A stretch of 32,000 bases of DNA from Promethearchaeota archaeon (GCA_014730275.1 WJIL01000134.1:1-32000); one strand, 5' to 3'. Positions 16,290 through 26,659 are shown, numbered from the stretch's first letter. Translations and numbers: made by a program. The notes: generated by a model not told the origin, from the letters alone.

Positions 16290-17729
16290 TTGACAGATAT
16301 TCTGGAGACGCTGGAAACGACTGAAGAGGTAAATGTACCAAGAGACCCTTTTGAAAGGATTGTCGGCCAGCAGCATGCAGTCAAACTGGTACGTTCTGCA
16401 GTTCAGCAGAGAAGACATGTCCTGCTTTGTGGTCCTCCAGGTATCGGGAAGTCAATGATTGCAAAGGCTGCGTACTCGATTCTACCGCGACCAAAGGAAG
16501 AGATACGTGTTAAACAGAATGAAAGTGAGAAAAACAGACCGATAGCATATACCGCCAAAGTTCATTCAGATGAAAAGAAAAGAAATCAGCAGAATCGCAA
16601 TAGAATTTTCACCTATTTGAGACCGGAGGATCTCCCCTTTGAAGTTGCAGTGAAAATGGGGTATCGTTGTCCGAAGTGCGGATGTTTTGGGTCCCCCGAG
16701 CAGCATGTGTGTATGGATTGTGGCTCTGCGAAAAGGACAAATCTCAATCAAGATGATGCCTACTCTGGTCTCTTCAGAATGTTTCAGGTGATGAAAGAGC
16801 CAGCTCGTGAGACTGTAGAGCACCAAGAAGAAATAGGAGACGAAGTACGCGAGATTATCTATCAGAATGAGAAGAACGGCATGATCAAAGCCATACAAGA
16901 AGAAGCAACTCAGAATAGAAGGAAGACGAGTGCTGAAGCAGGTAATTCTGAAAGAGTTCTAGTATCGCGGAACTCTAAGCGATTCATCCGAGTTAGTGGA
17001 GCAAGCCCTGTAGAGCTATTAGGAGATATTGAGCATAGTCCATACGGGTCAGGCCCACAGGCTCAACCAGCACATATGCGGGTCGTACCAGGAGCAATTC
17101 ACGAAGCCCATGAAGGAATTCTTTTTGTTGATGAAATTGCATCATTGGGCCAATATCAAAAGCACCTGTTGACTGCTATGCAAGATCGCAAGTATCCAAT
17201 TTCGGGACATAATCCGCAAAGCTCTGGAGCAGCAGTACGGGTAGATGATGTGCCATGCAATTTCATCTTGTTCGCAGCGTGTAATCTAGAGGATTTAGCT
17301 CATATTCTCCCACCGCTTCGTTCCCGCATACGAGGATATGGATATGAAATAAAGCTCGCATCATGGATGGAAAAAAATCAGGAAACGATTTCAGGAACCG
17401 TTAGATTTGTGGCTCAGACAATACAAGAAGATGGGCGTATTCCACATTTTACCAATGATGCTCTTAGAGAAGTAATTTCCATATCTCAAGAGATTGCTGA
17501 TGAGATGGATGGAAGAAGAAATGCACTCACACTAAGACTGCGAGAACTTGGAGGGGTGGTCAGAGTTGCAGGGGATCTTGCTGTACAGGAGGGCACCCCA
17601 TATGTATCAGCAGATCACGTGAAATCAGCAAAGCCAATATCTATGAACCTTCTGGGGCAGGCGGGAAGCTACAGAGATTCTAGACATGCAATCAAAAACA
17701 GTTCGGAAAGCAGAGACTATTTCTTCTGA
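16290..17729 (+). CDS. LonB-like AAA+ ATPase without a protease domain; a zinc-ribbon insertion sits between Walker A and Walker B
   Basis: IVGQQHAVKLVRSAVQQRRHVLLCGPPGIGKSM provides the Lon-type N-terminus and Walker A. ILFVDEI is Walker B. The insertion contains YRCPKCGCFGSPEQHVCMDCGS. The C-terminus ends after the lid-like LTLRLRELGGVVRVAGDLA, and no Ser-Lys protease module follows. Confidence 0.8.
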   Translation: MTDILETLETTEEVNVPRDPFERIVGQQHAVKLVRSAVQQRRHVLLCGPPGIGKSMIAKAAYSILPRPKEEIRVKQNESEKNRPIAYTAKVHSDEKKRNQQNRNRIFTYLRPEDLPFEVAVKMGYRCPKCGCFGSPEQHVCMDCGSAKRTNLNQDDAYSGLFRMFQVMKEPARETVEHQEEIGDEVREIIYQNEKNGMIKAIQEEATQNRRKTSAEAGNSERVLVSRNSKRFIRVSGASPVELLGDIEHSPYGSGPQAQPAHMRVVPGAIHEAHEGILFVDEIASLGQYQKHLLTAMQDRKYPISGHNPQSSGAAVRVDDVPCNFILFAACNLEDLAHILPPLRSRIRGYGYEIKLASWMEKNQETISGTVRFVAQTIQEDGRIPHFTNDALREVISISQEIADEMDGRRNALTLRLRELGGVVRVAGDLAVQEGTPYVSADHVKSAKPISMNLLGQAGSYRDSRHAIKNSSESRDYFF

Positions 17730-17763
17730 TAGCTTCGTAGAGAATATGTTGGTGTCATAGACC

Positions 17764-18867
17764 TTGAAAGTGCTTAAGAAAATCTTGAAAGACGGCAAAA
17801 TTGTCGTCAAGTTAGATACGCTTGATGATTTATGGCACCTGTATAATATAGTGGACGAGGGAGATTACGTAATAGCCCGCACCAGCAGAAAAGTCAAGAT
17901 TGGAAACGAGGACGCCAGAAAACAAGACAGTGTTCGCAAGTACATGACCTTGAAACTCAAAGTGGAAGACGTTGCATTTCACAATTTCACTAACAGAGTG
18001 CGAATCAAAGGAACAATAGTCGAAGGACCGGAAGACTGGGTAAGTACAGGCTCATATCATACTTTCAATATCGAGCCGGATGATAAGCTCACAATAATAA
18101 AGGAACATTGGCCGAGATATTCGCTGAAAAGATTGAAAGAAGCAGAGCAAGCACATAAGCGACCGGTTTGTCTTGTTGTTACCATTGAGGATGGAGTGGC
18201 GGAGCTTATTCTTGTGGCAGATTATGGAATCAGGGAGGCTGTATCGGTTCGGCAAAGCATTTCGCGGAAGCACGGAAGCCAGAAATCCCATGACGCAACC
18301 ATGCGCGAGTTCTTCGGCAGTGTAATCCTGGCGGTACGATCACAGCTTGAGCAGAATGAAATCGCACTAGTCGTCATTGCAGGTCCGGGCTTTGTGAAAG
18401 ATCACTTCAAGGACTACTTGTTGGATGAGGGAATTAGCGACCTTCCCCCGGTCATTGTTCAAGGTACTGGAACTACAGGTGTTCCTGCTGCAAAAGAAAT
18501 CCTGTACCACGGTGTAATCTCAGAAGCCATAGAAGGACTCAAAATTGAAGAAGAAACCAAACTCGTTGAAGAAGTACTCAAACACTTAGCCAAAGAAGAT
18601 GGGCTTGCGACTTACGGCGATGATGAAGTTGAAAGAGCAGTGCAGTATGGAGCAGTAGAAGAGCTTCTCATAACTGACAAGAAACTGAGAGATGCTGATG
18701 AAGAAAGCAGGCGTTGGATGGACAAATTAATCCGAGACACTGAGAATGCCCGCGGCTCCTTCCACGTTGTATCAACAGACCATCCAGCTGGTGACCAACT
18801 ACAGAACTTAGGAGGGTTGGCCGCAATTCTACGTTTTTCGATAGGGCAGAGTACAGCACAGAGTTAA
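17764..18867 (+). CDS. pelA: Pelota / Dom34 ribosome-rescue factor
   Basis: The N-terminus KDGKIVVKLDTLDDLWHLYNIV and an eRF1-like central/C-terminal pattern (IAGPGFVKD) are present. The start is TTG at 17764 or GTG at 17770. Confidence 0.88.
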   Translation: MKVLKKILKDGKIVVKLDTLDDLWHLYNIVDEGDYVIARTSRKVKIGNEDARKQDSVRKYMTLKLKVEDVAFHNFTNRVRIKGTIVEGPEDWVSTGSYHTFNIEPDDKLTIIKEHWPRYSLKRLKEAEQAHKRPVCLVVTIEDGVAELILVADYGIREAVSVRQSISRKHGSQKSHDATMREFFGSVILAVRSQLEQNEIALVVIAGPGFVKDHFKDYLLDEGISDLPPVIVQGTGTTGVPAAKEILYHGVISEAIEGLKIEEETKLVEEVLKHLAKEDGLATYGDDEVERAVQYGAVEELLITDKKLRDADEESRRWMDKLIRDTENARGSFHVVSTDHPAGDQLQNLGGLAAILRFSIGQSTAQS

Positions 18868-19982
18868 AGCGGTATGAACTGAGTCTGAAGCCTATCAAAA
18901 GAAGGGTACTCGTATACGATTCCTATTTCGAGATCTAGAGCTTCCTCAGCTAGTTCATCACTAAGCTCATCTGCTAATTCAACGATAATCCATGGCGCAA
19001 TCTCAATTCTGTCACGGGCAATATCCAAATTGGATAAATCAGTAGGAACTTCGTAATTGTCTATCAAAATGTCCCAGAGAGATTGCAGTTGCTCAGATGA
19101 AAGGTGTGAACCGTGCTTCGCTCGGATGACACCAAGAATTAGAAGCGGTTCATTCTCAGCACGTTCCTCAAAAGGTCGAATTGTACGTCTAAGACGGCGC
19201 TCCAAGCGATTGCGCATCTGAATCGAATCCTTGAACCGGGCGGAGCAATAATGCAAAGTTATTCTATCTAAGTTAGTCGCTGCCCAAGATAGTACTTCTA
19301 TGGCTGTTGATTCGCTTCCTTCAATACTAGCTGCATCGAGACTGGTCAAACGAAAACCTAGACTAACCAAATTGGAGAAGTTGCTCTCACTTGCTTCCAG
19401 TTCATTGATATTCAGGAAATGTACACCGCATTCTTCTGCCCGCTCTGCTATGCTGATCAGGGCCTCTTCGTCATTCGGAATTGCAGGAACTTCTATTCCT
19501 ACCCGCCAATCCAGCTCAAGTGCCGAGTGTATGCCTGACCAATCGTCGTCTTGAGGGTGGAAACGAATTTCATCGAGCCCGGCCGAGTGCAGTTCGGTCA
19601 AATGCTCAAGTGTGAGATCCGATTTAGCTGTATACAGATGGATATGGAAGTCTGGTCCCATTTCCTCTCGCATCAGCTGAATGTACCTTGTTGTTCGATC
19701 AAATTTGCAAAGGGGGTCTCCCCCGCTTATACCTGCTCCCCTAGCACCTATTGCATCTATTTCATAGAGGATGTCGGATTCATTTCTGACAGGCATTTCG
19801 TCTGCAAAAATGACATCATGATTCTTCTTTTCAGCTGAAAGAGGACAATAGAAACAATGACTATCACAGAGGCCCGTGACAAAGAGTACCATCTTCGACC
19901 CTTCAGTACATCGCCGACATCCTTCAGGTAATTCCCCCACGAGAAGAGAATCGGCCTCTAATTCTCTAATTTTTCTTGGCAA
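18864..19982 (-). CDS. Radical SAM protein (COG2108-like, related to PFL-activating enzymes)
   Basis: The CxxxCxxC motif is present in LFVTGLCDSHCFYCPLS. The gene is 372 aa and converges on pelota with a 4-nt overlap. Confidence 0.85.
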   Translation of the reverse strand: MPRKIRELEADSLLVGELPEGCRRCTEGSKMVLFVTGLCDSHCFYCPLSAEKKNHDVIFADEMPVRNESDILYEIDAIGARGAGISGGDPLCKFDRTTRYIQLMREEMGPDFHIHLYTAKSDLTLEHLTELHSAGLDEIRFHPQDDDWSGIHSALELDWRVGIEVPAIPNDEEALISIAERAEECGVHFLNINELEASESNFSNLVSLGFRLTSLDAASIEGSESTAIEVLSWAATNLDRITLHYCSARFKDSIQMRNRLERRLRRTIRPFEERAENEPLLILGVIRAKHGSHLSSEQLQSLWDILIDNYEVPTDLSNLDIARDRIEIAPWIIVELADELSDELAEEALDLEIGIVYEYPSFDRLQTQFIPL

Positions 19983-19995
19983 AACATTTCTCTCC

Positions 19996-20697
19996 TTAGT
20001 CTAAACGATTTTCAATGGTGCGCCTGATAGCTGGATCCTTATCTCGTAGTTCCTTCAAAACTTCCTCAAAGCTTTCATCCCTGGCCAGCGCTCTAGTCAG
20101 GTATACTCCGGTACGACCAACATTGCTGCGACGGGTTAGCACTCTTACTCGTTCCTTTGCAATCTCCACACTGACTTCCAGCTTCTTTGCTACTTCATGT
20201 TCGTGGCCAATAACACCGCTTTCTCGGTGTCCGCTATCCGTGGGTTCAATGAGCAAGAGTCTCTTGTCTACTCCTGGTACCCGGACATCTTCATCCAGCT
20301 GGGCTGTATCAACCATCCCGCCCCACTTGTAGAAATGCCGTTCTCGTGATAGCATTTTGAAAAGAGGGAAGGTAACTACAGTATTCTTCCTCAAATAGAT
20401 ATGACCCTTCAGTACAGATGAGGGGGTAGCTTGGACTGCTTCTCTATGAGTTCCCTTTCCTATTGCCAATTCAACTTTGAAGCTGGATACAGGATACGGA
20501 ATCACTATGTCGATGTCAGACGATGCAGATACGTCACCCCGAGCCACGGAACCATATACATACGATTCGATACCAGATGAGTGAAGATCGCTCATCACAC
20601 CAAAGGCGCGTTCCCGTAGATTCTCCAGTTGATTCCATCGCGTGTCATCATACTTGACCAAGCGAGTTCTATGAAGCTCTTCTGGGCGCCTTGACAT
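19996..20697 (-). CDS. Pol-beta-superfamily nucleotidyltransferase
   Basis: The motif YVYGSVARGDVSASSDIDIV matches the GS...DxD signature. I prefer the internal ATG at 20697, which lies 5 nt after the upstream stop. The track start at 20784 would overlap the upstream gene by 82 nt. Confidence 0.75.
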   Translation of the reverse strand: MSRRPEELHRTRLVKYDDTRWNQLENLRERAFGVMSDLHSSGIESYVYGSVARGDVSASSDIDIVIPYPVSSFKVELAIGKGTHREAVQATPSSVLKGHIYLRKNTVVTFPLFKMLSRERHFYKWGGMVDTAQLDEDVRVPGVDKRLLLIEPTDSGHRESGVIGHEHEVAKKLEVSVEIAKERVRVLTRRSNVGRTGVYLTRALARDESFEEVLKELRDKDPAIRRTIENRLD

Positions 20698-20702
20698 TAT
20701 GT

Positions 20703-21656
20703 TCACATCGCTTCCTCGATTTTTTCGAGAATTCTGCATACTCGACAGACCTTCGATGAAGTTGGATTTCCGCAATGAGTACACGAATTGAACTGAAACG
20801 AGCTGGGTTCCAATCTCATAGCCTCAGCAATCTTCTCAGAGGATCCAAGTACTGCGAGGAGCGTTCCTGGGTGGCTATGTTCCATCTTGTTCAGAAACTG
20901 CCGAACATCATTTCGATACGCTTCATGTGCATATGGACACGGAGCATCATGATAAGGGAGTGAAAAATGGTGAGCATAAGCAACGACGTCCCGTTCAGAT
21001 ATCTTGGTAATGGGTTTCACACGTGGGATGAATCCCGCCATTGTATCATCTCGAGTGCGATTAACCCGTCCAATGCGATGGGCATCGCCCCGTAGTACAT
21101 TCATGACCACGGTTTGGGCCTCATCGTCAAGATTATGCCCTGTTGCTATAACGTCACCATCAAGCTCTCGGGCAGCCTGGTTGATTGCCCTTCTTCTGAG
21201 AATGCCACAATATGAACACGCACCAAGCCCATTCTCCTCTCGATTTGCCACAATCTCATCAAGAGAATAGCCAAACAATTCCTTGAATGTGAGAACAGTA
21301 AGAGAAAGATTGAGTCCAGAAGTAAGTTCTCTTGCTGCCGTCAGTGCTTTGTCCCTATAACCTGTAATGCCTTCATCTATAGTAATTGGATACAGCTCGG
21401 TTTCAGGATATCCTTCTTCTATTCGTGCTAAAGTGTCAAGAAGGACTGCGCTATCTTTGCCTCCAGAAATCGCGACAATGATCCGATCGTCACGCTTGAA
21501 CATGCTTCGTTGGTTGATAGTGTTCCTAATCCTGTCCAATGTAGTGTCTAAAAGGCAGCTCTTGCATAGCCGTTCCGCCGTATACCTGCGGAAATATACC
21601 GCCTCTTGATTACATCTGGAGCATTGCAGGAACATCTCGTTCAGCTTCAGAAACAA
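20703..21656 (-). CDS. PP-loop ATPase, tRNA 2-thiolation enzyme (TtuA/Ncs6 family)
   Basis: The PP-loop is SGGKDS. There is an N-terminal zinc finger CSRCN..CKSC, an Fe-S ligand context CSYCGILRR and a C-terminal zinc finger CTHCG..CRVC. The start may be 21635 (MFLQCSRC). Confidence 0.85.
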   Translation of the reverse strand: MFLKLNEMFLQCSRCNQEAVYFRRYTAERLCKSCLLDTTLDRIRNTINQRSMFKRDDRIIVAISGGKDSAVLLDTLARIEEGYPETELYPITIDEGITGYRDKALTAARELTSGLNLSLTVLTFKELFGYSLDEIVANREENGLGACSYCGILRRRAINQAARELDGDVIATGHNLDDEAQTVVMNVLRGDAHRIGRVNRTRDDTMAGFIPRVKPITKISERDVVAYAHHFSLPYHDAPCPYAHEAYRNDVRQFLNKMEHSHPGTLLAVLGSSEKIAEAMRLEPSSFQFNSCTHCGNPTSSKVCRVCRILEKIEEAM

Positions 21657-21740
21657 CTTGTAAAGCTCGGTTAAAACTGCTTTTCTAGCTCAGCAAGCAC
21701 GATGTCCATCGTGCGCCCCATTCACAGGTTAGACGGGGTA

Positions 21741-22919
21741 TCAGAAGAGCGTTTTACCACTCATGAATGTCAGAATCATGCTTAAAATCACAATTGCAAG
21801 CGAGAATATTCTGAGCGGCCACATAATCATCTTGACCTTTTCCTCATCCGAGATTACTAGCCGAAGACCGTTGGCAAGCAATTTGTCACCGTCTAGAGCC
21901 GGGATAGGAAGTAGGTTGAACAGAGCTACGCTGAAGAGGATGATAAAGCTCCACGTCAGAGTCAGCTGTATATGAAACGGCACCATGGGGTTGAGGAAAA
22001 GATCCCAACCTGCTTTCGGTTCCCAGTAGTCGGCCCCGTATATGCCAATATACCCCTTAGAGGCGTTAGCTTGGCTTTCTCCCAGTACGATAGTGACGTT
22101 ATCCTCAAGTGTCTCGATGGTTAGGGAGTCGCCCGGTTCTGTTTGAATCATGAACTGGCTGATGTCTCCCCAACGGTCGATATCGGTATCGTTCAACCCA
22201 GTAATGACATCTCCAACTTCAAGTGCTTGGTCAGCAGGTGTATTAGCTGAAATTTCGTAGATATATGCTCCACTTGGCTGATTGAATCCAAGTGACATTA
22301 GAGCAGGGAAATTCAATGTGATGAGCAGAACAATGAAAGCGAATATGAGGTTCGAGTAAGATCCTGCTGCAAGCAGTCGCATTCGTTCCTTTGGAGTGGC
22401 TTCTTCTTCAAACTGTTCTTCGTCGGGTTCGACAAAGGCACCAAACAGAACGAAGAAGAATAGTAGACCCGAGCTTTCAATCCCGATGTCATCTTTTGCT
22501 GAAGCCAATCCATGCGCAAATTCATGGGTAACCAAGGTAATGGCCAGTCCAATTAGCATGTATACAAGTGGTAGACCGGTAATAGTGACGCCGGGTATGA
22601 TAGGCACAACTGCTCCAGCCTGAGAGGGCGCGGTGAAAAAGGCGATGAAGTTGTTAAGGAACATCCAGAAACCGTAAATCATACCGCCAAAAGCAACGAC
22701 CACACCTAGATTGAAAAACGCACGCGGAAATTTCTTCCCCATCCGCGTTAAGAACTCATTCAATCTCTTTGTGCGAATCATTACAAAGAACGGCGTACCA
22801 GCGTCAACTCCTTTCTCCTGCAGTTTCTCGATTCCAAGCGCGCGAGCTGCAAGATAAACGAGGAGGTACACTGCACCGACAATAGCGAGCATGAACAGAG
22901 GTTCCATGAGATTTAGCAC
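21741..22919 (-). CDS. Site-2 protease (M50 family) with an inserted PDZ-like segment
   Basis: HExxH is present as HEFAHG, and the NLLPIPALDG motif is present. There are multiple TM helices. Confidence 0.88.
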   Translation of the reverse strand: MLNLMEPLFMLAIVGAVYLLVYLAARALGIEKLQEKGVDAGTPFFVMIRTKRLNEFLTRMGKKFPRAFFNLGVVVAFGGMIYGFWMFLNNFIAFFTAPSQAGAVVPIIPGVTITGLPLVYMLIGLAITLVTHEFAHGLASAKDDIGIESSGLLFFFVLFGAFVEPDEEQFEEEATPKERMRLLAAGSYSNLIFAFIVLLITLNFPALMSLGFNQPSGAYIYEISANTPADQALEVGDVITGLNDTDIDRWGDISQFMIQTEPGDSLTIETLEDNVTIVLGESQANASKGYIGIYGADYWEPKAGWDLFLNPMVPFHIQLTLTWSFIILFSVALFNLLPIPALDGDKLLANGLRLVISDEEKVKMIMWPLRIFSLAIVILSMILTFMSGKTLF

Positions 22920-23136
22920 CTTATGTGCAACAGGTTAATCGAAGTGAAGCTGGAGTCATTATAACAATTGTGACATATACTGTTCACAGAATCGATTATA
23001 GTGGAATAAAGCAGATGTCTTGTATAGTCGAGACCGGCCATGGTCGAAACCATATCTTTTATAATCTCAGTAATTTGCCTAAAGGCGGAGCCCAAGTAGG
23101 GCACCATATAAATCACAAAAGGGAAGGCGAATTGTA

Positions 23137-23520
23137 GTGCCATTGAAGCTTGTCATCTCAGATCCAGAAAAGGGCGTTGCCATACAATACGAACTCGATG
23201 ATGAAAAATCAAATACAATGATTGGCAGTACCATTGGTGATATTGTTGAAGGCGATGCCATAGGTCTACCTGGATATAAGCTAAAGATAACAGGCGGGAG
23301 TGATTCTTCTGGCTTCCCTATGCGTCGTGATGTACATGGCAGTGGTAAACGGAAGGTCTTGATGAAAGGGCCACCGGGGTTCAGACCAAAACGGAAAGGC
23401 CTCAAAAGGAGAAAGACCGTACGGGGTAGGGAAGTCGATAGCAATATTTCCCAGCTGAATATGCGTGTTGAAGAAAAGGGAAGTGCACCTCTAGAAGAGC
23501 TCATTATGAAGGCAGCCTAA
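23137..23520 (+). CDS. rps6e: Ribosomal protein S6e (eS6)
   Basis: The segment GYKLKITGGSDSSGFPMRRDVHGSGKRKVLM is typical of S6e. The start is GTG. Confidence 0.9.
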   Translation: MPLKLVISDPEKGVAIQYELDDEKSNTMIGSTIGDIVEGDAIGLPGYKLKITGGSDSSGFPMRRDVHGSGKRKVLMKGPPGFRPKRKGLKRRKTVRGREVDSNISQLNMRVEEKGSAPLEELIMKAA

Positions 23521-23641
23521 ATTTCCGTAAGGGAAGAACCAATGCCGATGCCTTAATCGCTGTTGGGGAAGCACCATAAACCATACATTTTATACAGAAG
23601 CTCAACTTTGCAAATGATAGAAAGTCGGAAGTGAAAACCAC

Positions 23642-24877
23642 GTGAAATACGAGGGGCAATCTGAAGTCAGCATAGGAACGCTAGGCCACGTTGACCACGG
23701 CAAAACAACGTTGGTAGAATACATGACGGGTGAATGGACTGACCGTCATTCAGATGAGGTTAAACGAGGAATCTCTATCCGGTTAGGATATGCAGCTACA
23801 AAACTTATGAAATGCCCGAAATGCCCCGAGCCGGAGGGTTATACCACATCCAACCTAGTGAAAGAAGGAAAATGCCCCGAGTGTGGAAGTGATCTAGAAC
23901 CCCTCCGAGAAATATCATTCGTTGACAGTCCAGGACACGAATCCCTCATGGCAACCTGCCTTAGCGGAGCAAGCATCATGGATGGAGCTATCCTTGTGAT
24001 TGCAGCCAACGAACCATGCCCAATGCCTCAGACTTCCGAGCATCTCCGTGCTCTTGAGATTGTAGGTGTTGAAAACATAATAATTGTCCAAAACAAAATC
24101 GAACTCGTCACCGAGGAGGAGGCAAAAGAACACTATCAGCAAATCAAGGAATTCCTGAAAGGTACAACGGCAGAAGATTCACCGATTATTCCTATTTCCG
24201 CAGTCTTCGGAGCTAATGTTGACTACTTGATACAGGAAATCCAGAAGGTTATTCCAACACCAGATAGAACTGAAGATAAACCGCCTAAGATGTTCGTTGC
24301 CCGATCATTCGATATCAACAGACCGGGGACAACTCCAGATGAGTTGGAAGGGGGAGTTGTTGGCGGGTCGATAGTACAAGGGAAACTGAAAGTTGGTGAT
24401 GAGATAGAGATAGCACCAGGATCTCGCGCTGACGGAGATTTCAAACCAATTCGAGCACAAGTCCAAAGCCTCGTATCAGGAAGCGGTAACAGGCTGAAAC
24501 AGGCATATCCTGGAGGGCTTATTGGTGTGGGAACAGGACTTGACCCGGCCTCCACTAGAGCAGATAGGCTAGTTGGAAATGTCGTAGGCAAAGTAGGTAA
24601 GATGCCAGACATAATTTCGGAAATGATGATTGAACCCCAACTTATGCAGCGAGTCATAGGAATGGAATCAAAGAAACAAGTGGAGAATCTGCGACTAAAC
24701 GAACCACTCATGTTAGTGGTTGGTACAGCAGCAACAGTAGGTGTCATAACCAAGCTACATGGAGACAAAATCAAGCTTTCACTCAAACGACCTGTTTGTG
24801 CGGAGGAAGGACAGCGTATAGCAATCGGCCGGCGAGTAGACAATAAGTGGCGGCTTGTAGGATACGCTCAACTGTAA
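23642..24877 (+). CDS. eif2g: Translation initiation factor aIF2 gamma subunit
   Basis: The G1 motif is GHVDHGKTTL, followed by a zinc-knuckle insert CPKCPE..CPECG, then DSPGHE and NKIE. The start is GTG. Confidence 0.93.
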   Translation: MKYEGQSEVSIGTLGHVDHGKTTLVEYMTGEWTDRHSDEVKRGISIRLGYAATKLMKCPKCPEPEGYTTSNLVKEGKCPECGSDLEPLREISFVDSPGHESLMATCLSGASIMDGAILVIAANEPCPMPQTSEHLRALEIVGVENIIIVQNKIELVTEEEAKEHYQQIKEFLKGTTAEDSPIIPISAVFGANVDYLIQEIQKVIPTPDRTEDKPPKMFVARSFDINRPGTTPDELEGGVVGGSIVQGKLKVGDEIEIAPGSRADGDFKPIRAQVQSLVSGSGNRLKQAYPGGLIGVGTGLDPASTRADRLVGNVVGKVGKMPDIISEMMIEPQLMQRVIGMESKKQVENLRLNEPLMLVVGTAATVGVITKLHGDKIKLSLKRPVCAEEGQRIAIGRRVDNKWRLVGYAQL

Positions 24878-24900
24878 TCAAGAGGACGTATTTCCAAGAA

Positions 24901-25326
24901 ATGGGGGATGATGGTCCAATGCCTCTTCCCGTGATTATTGACACCAATTTCCTATTGCTTCCCGCACAATTTGGAATCGATATTTTCACTCAAGCCGAGG
25001 AAGCCATGGATAGACGAACGGAATTCATAGTTCTTGATTCGGTTGCTGAGGAGGTTAAGCGGAAGGCATCGAAGGCTACGGGTAGCAAAGAAAAGAGATT
25101 GCTAAGAGTAACAATCGAACTTATGAAACGATGCAAGGAAGTTGAAGTCGATGACAACATTGCTGAATTGCCGGTTGATGATCAAGTGGTGGAGTATGCC
25201 AAAAAGGTAAATGGCGTTATCGCAACAAACGACAAGGAACTCCGTCGCAAAGCCCGAAAACATGAGATTCCTCTTCTCATTTTGCGGGGAAGGAAAAGAA
25301 TTGTTGTTGAGGGTTTGATTGATTGA
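24901..25326 (+). CDS. PIN-domain protein of the conserved aIF2gamma-Rpo7 operon (Fcf1/Utp24-like endonuclease)
   Basis: VIIDTNFLL and VIATNDKELRRKA are PIN acidic motifs. I prefer the ATG at 24901 over the overlapping track start at 24847. Confidence 0.8.
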   Translation: MGDDGPMPLPVIIDTNFLLLPAQFGIDIFTQAEEAMDRRTEFIVLDSVAEEVKRKASKATGSKEKRLLRVTIELMKRCKEVEVDDNIAELPVDDQVVEYAKKVNGVIATNDKELRRKARKHEIPLLILRGRKRIVVEGLID

Positions 25327-25463
25327 TTTAGACCAGTTTCATAACGTTTTTATGCGTACCAAAGTGTTGCTCGGCTGAGCCGTCAAGTCAGACTGTCAAA
25401 AAACCAGCTGGAAGGTCTGAGCATTCTGAGACTATTATCCCCTAAATGAAGGAGCTTTTGCAA

Positions 25464-26060
25464 ATGTATAGCGTCGTCAAGGTCAAGGACACAGTTAGAA
25501 TACCCCCTTCTCAATTTGGAACAACAATTGAAGAAGCTGCAATGATTCACTTGCGCAAGAACCATGAGAATGTGTTGGACCGAGATATTGGGCTGATGAT
25601 CGCAGTCATTGGAGTAGACAAGATTGGAGAAGGGCGTCTAATTCCAGGTGACGGTGCTACATATCATACGGTTCAGTATCGAGTCCTTGCATTCAAGCCA
25701 ATGCGCGGAGAAGTTGTAGAAGGAAACGTAGTGGAATTGATGGATTTCGGGGCCTTCATTCGGATTGGCCCTCTAGATGGGCTTTGTCACGTCAGTCAGA
25801 TCTGTGATGATTTCATTACACAGGACCCAAAAAGCAATTCATTGATGGGAAAAGAAACAGGTAGAAGGCTAACCGAAGGTGATCAAGTCCGTGCAAGGAT
25901 TACCTCGATCAGCTTCGAGTCAGGAAACAGGTCAGGGAAACTTGGACTTACTATGCGACAACCATATCTTGGGAAAATCGGGCCTGACGTATCTTGGATA
26001 GAAGAGGATGTCAAAGCTGCCCATGGTGAGGGCGAAGAAAACGAAGAGGAAGAGGAATAG
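25464..26060 (+). CDS. rpo7: RNA polymerase subunit Rpo7 (E-prime) with an S1 domain
   Basis: MYSVVKVKDTVRIPPSQFG is followed by the S1 segment GEVVEGNVVELMDFGAFIRIGPLDGLCHVSQI. GAAGGAG lies 9 nt upstream of the ATG at 25464. Confidence 0.9.
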   Translation: MYSVVKVKDTVRIPPSQFGTTIEEAAMIHLRKNHENVLDRDIGLMIAVIGVDKIGEGRLIPGDGATYHTVQYRVLAFKPMRGEVVEGNVVELMDFGAFIRIGPLDGLCHVSQICDDFITQDPKSNSLMGKETGRRLTEGDQVRARITSISFESGNRSGKLGLTMRQPYLGKIGPDVSWIEEDVKAAHGEGEENEEEEE

Positions 26061-26063
26061 AGC

Positions 26064-26276
26064 ATGGCCAAGTTGAAAGCATGCAGAGATTGTCACCGCC
26101 TAACAACGGAGAATCAGTGTCCTAATTGTAAGAGTACTAACCTTACGACCTCATACACTGGCATTGTGATTATCTTACCACCAAAAGACCCCAATGAGGA
26201 TCCACGAGATACCTCATATGTGGCGAAGCGGCTAAACATCGAAAACCCAGGAAAGTACGCACTCAAGGTACGATAG
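26064..26276 (+). CDS. spt4: Transcription elongation factor Spt4 (RpoE-double-prime)
   Basis: The zinc ribbon CRDCHRL..CPNC is present, the size is 70 aa, and the position directly after Rpo7 is conserved in archaea. Confidence 0.85.
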   Translation: MAKLKACRDCHRLTTENQCPNCKSTNLTTSYTGIVIILPPKDPNEDPRDTSYVAKRLNIENPGKYALKVR

Positions 26277-26369
26277 CCTTGTTCACGGTTGTGAAAACTT
26301 TATTAGAAAACCAAAGGTCGGGTTGCTGACTCACTAAGTGTGCCGTCCGAAAAATGCAATGTGATAGCA

Positions 26370-26657
26370 ATGAACTTGGAAATACTACAAGAACGGGAAA
26401 ACAAACCACTCTCAAGAAGAGAAATCGATTTTCGGATAGAGCATATTGGTGATACTACACCGAGTAGAGCTGATGTGCATTCCAGAATCGTAGCGCATTA
26501 CGACGCCAATCCAGACAATGTCGTCATTTCAAAGATTAAAACCCGGTTTGGAGTTGGAATCACCAACGGTATGGCGAGAATATATTCAGACCCCAAATAT
26601 ATGAAACGGGTTGAGCTTGATTATGTCCTCAAGCGACACGGAATGGTGGAGGAATAG
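26370..26657 (+). CDS. rps24e: Ribosomal protein S24e (eS24)
   Basis: [15 protein letters not shown]...TPSRADV...[17 protein letters not shown] is typical of S24e. I prefer the ATG at 26370 over the GTG at 26340. Confidence 0.88.
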   Translation: MNLEILQERENKPLSRREIDFRIEHIGDTTPSRADVHSRIVAHYDANPDNVVISKIKTRFGVGITNGMARIYSDPKYMKRVELDYVLKRHGMVEE

Positions 26658-26659
26658 AA

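Noticed and set aside
24847-25326. PIN-domain gene as a VapC-type toxin of a toxin-antitoxin pair
   Set aside because: There is no small antitoxin ORF upstream. The gene sits in the universally conserved archaeal aIF2gamma / PIN / Rpo7 / Spt4 block, which fits the housekeeping Fcf1/Nob1-like PIN family.
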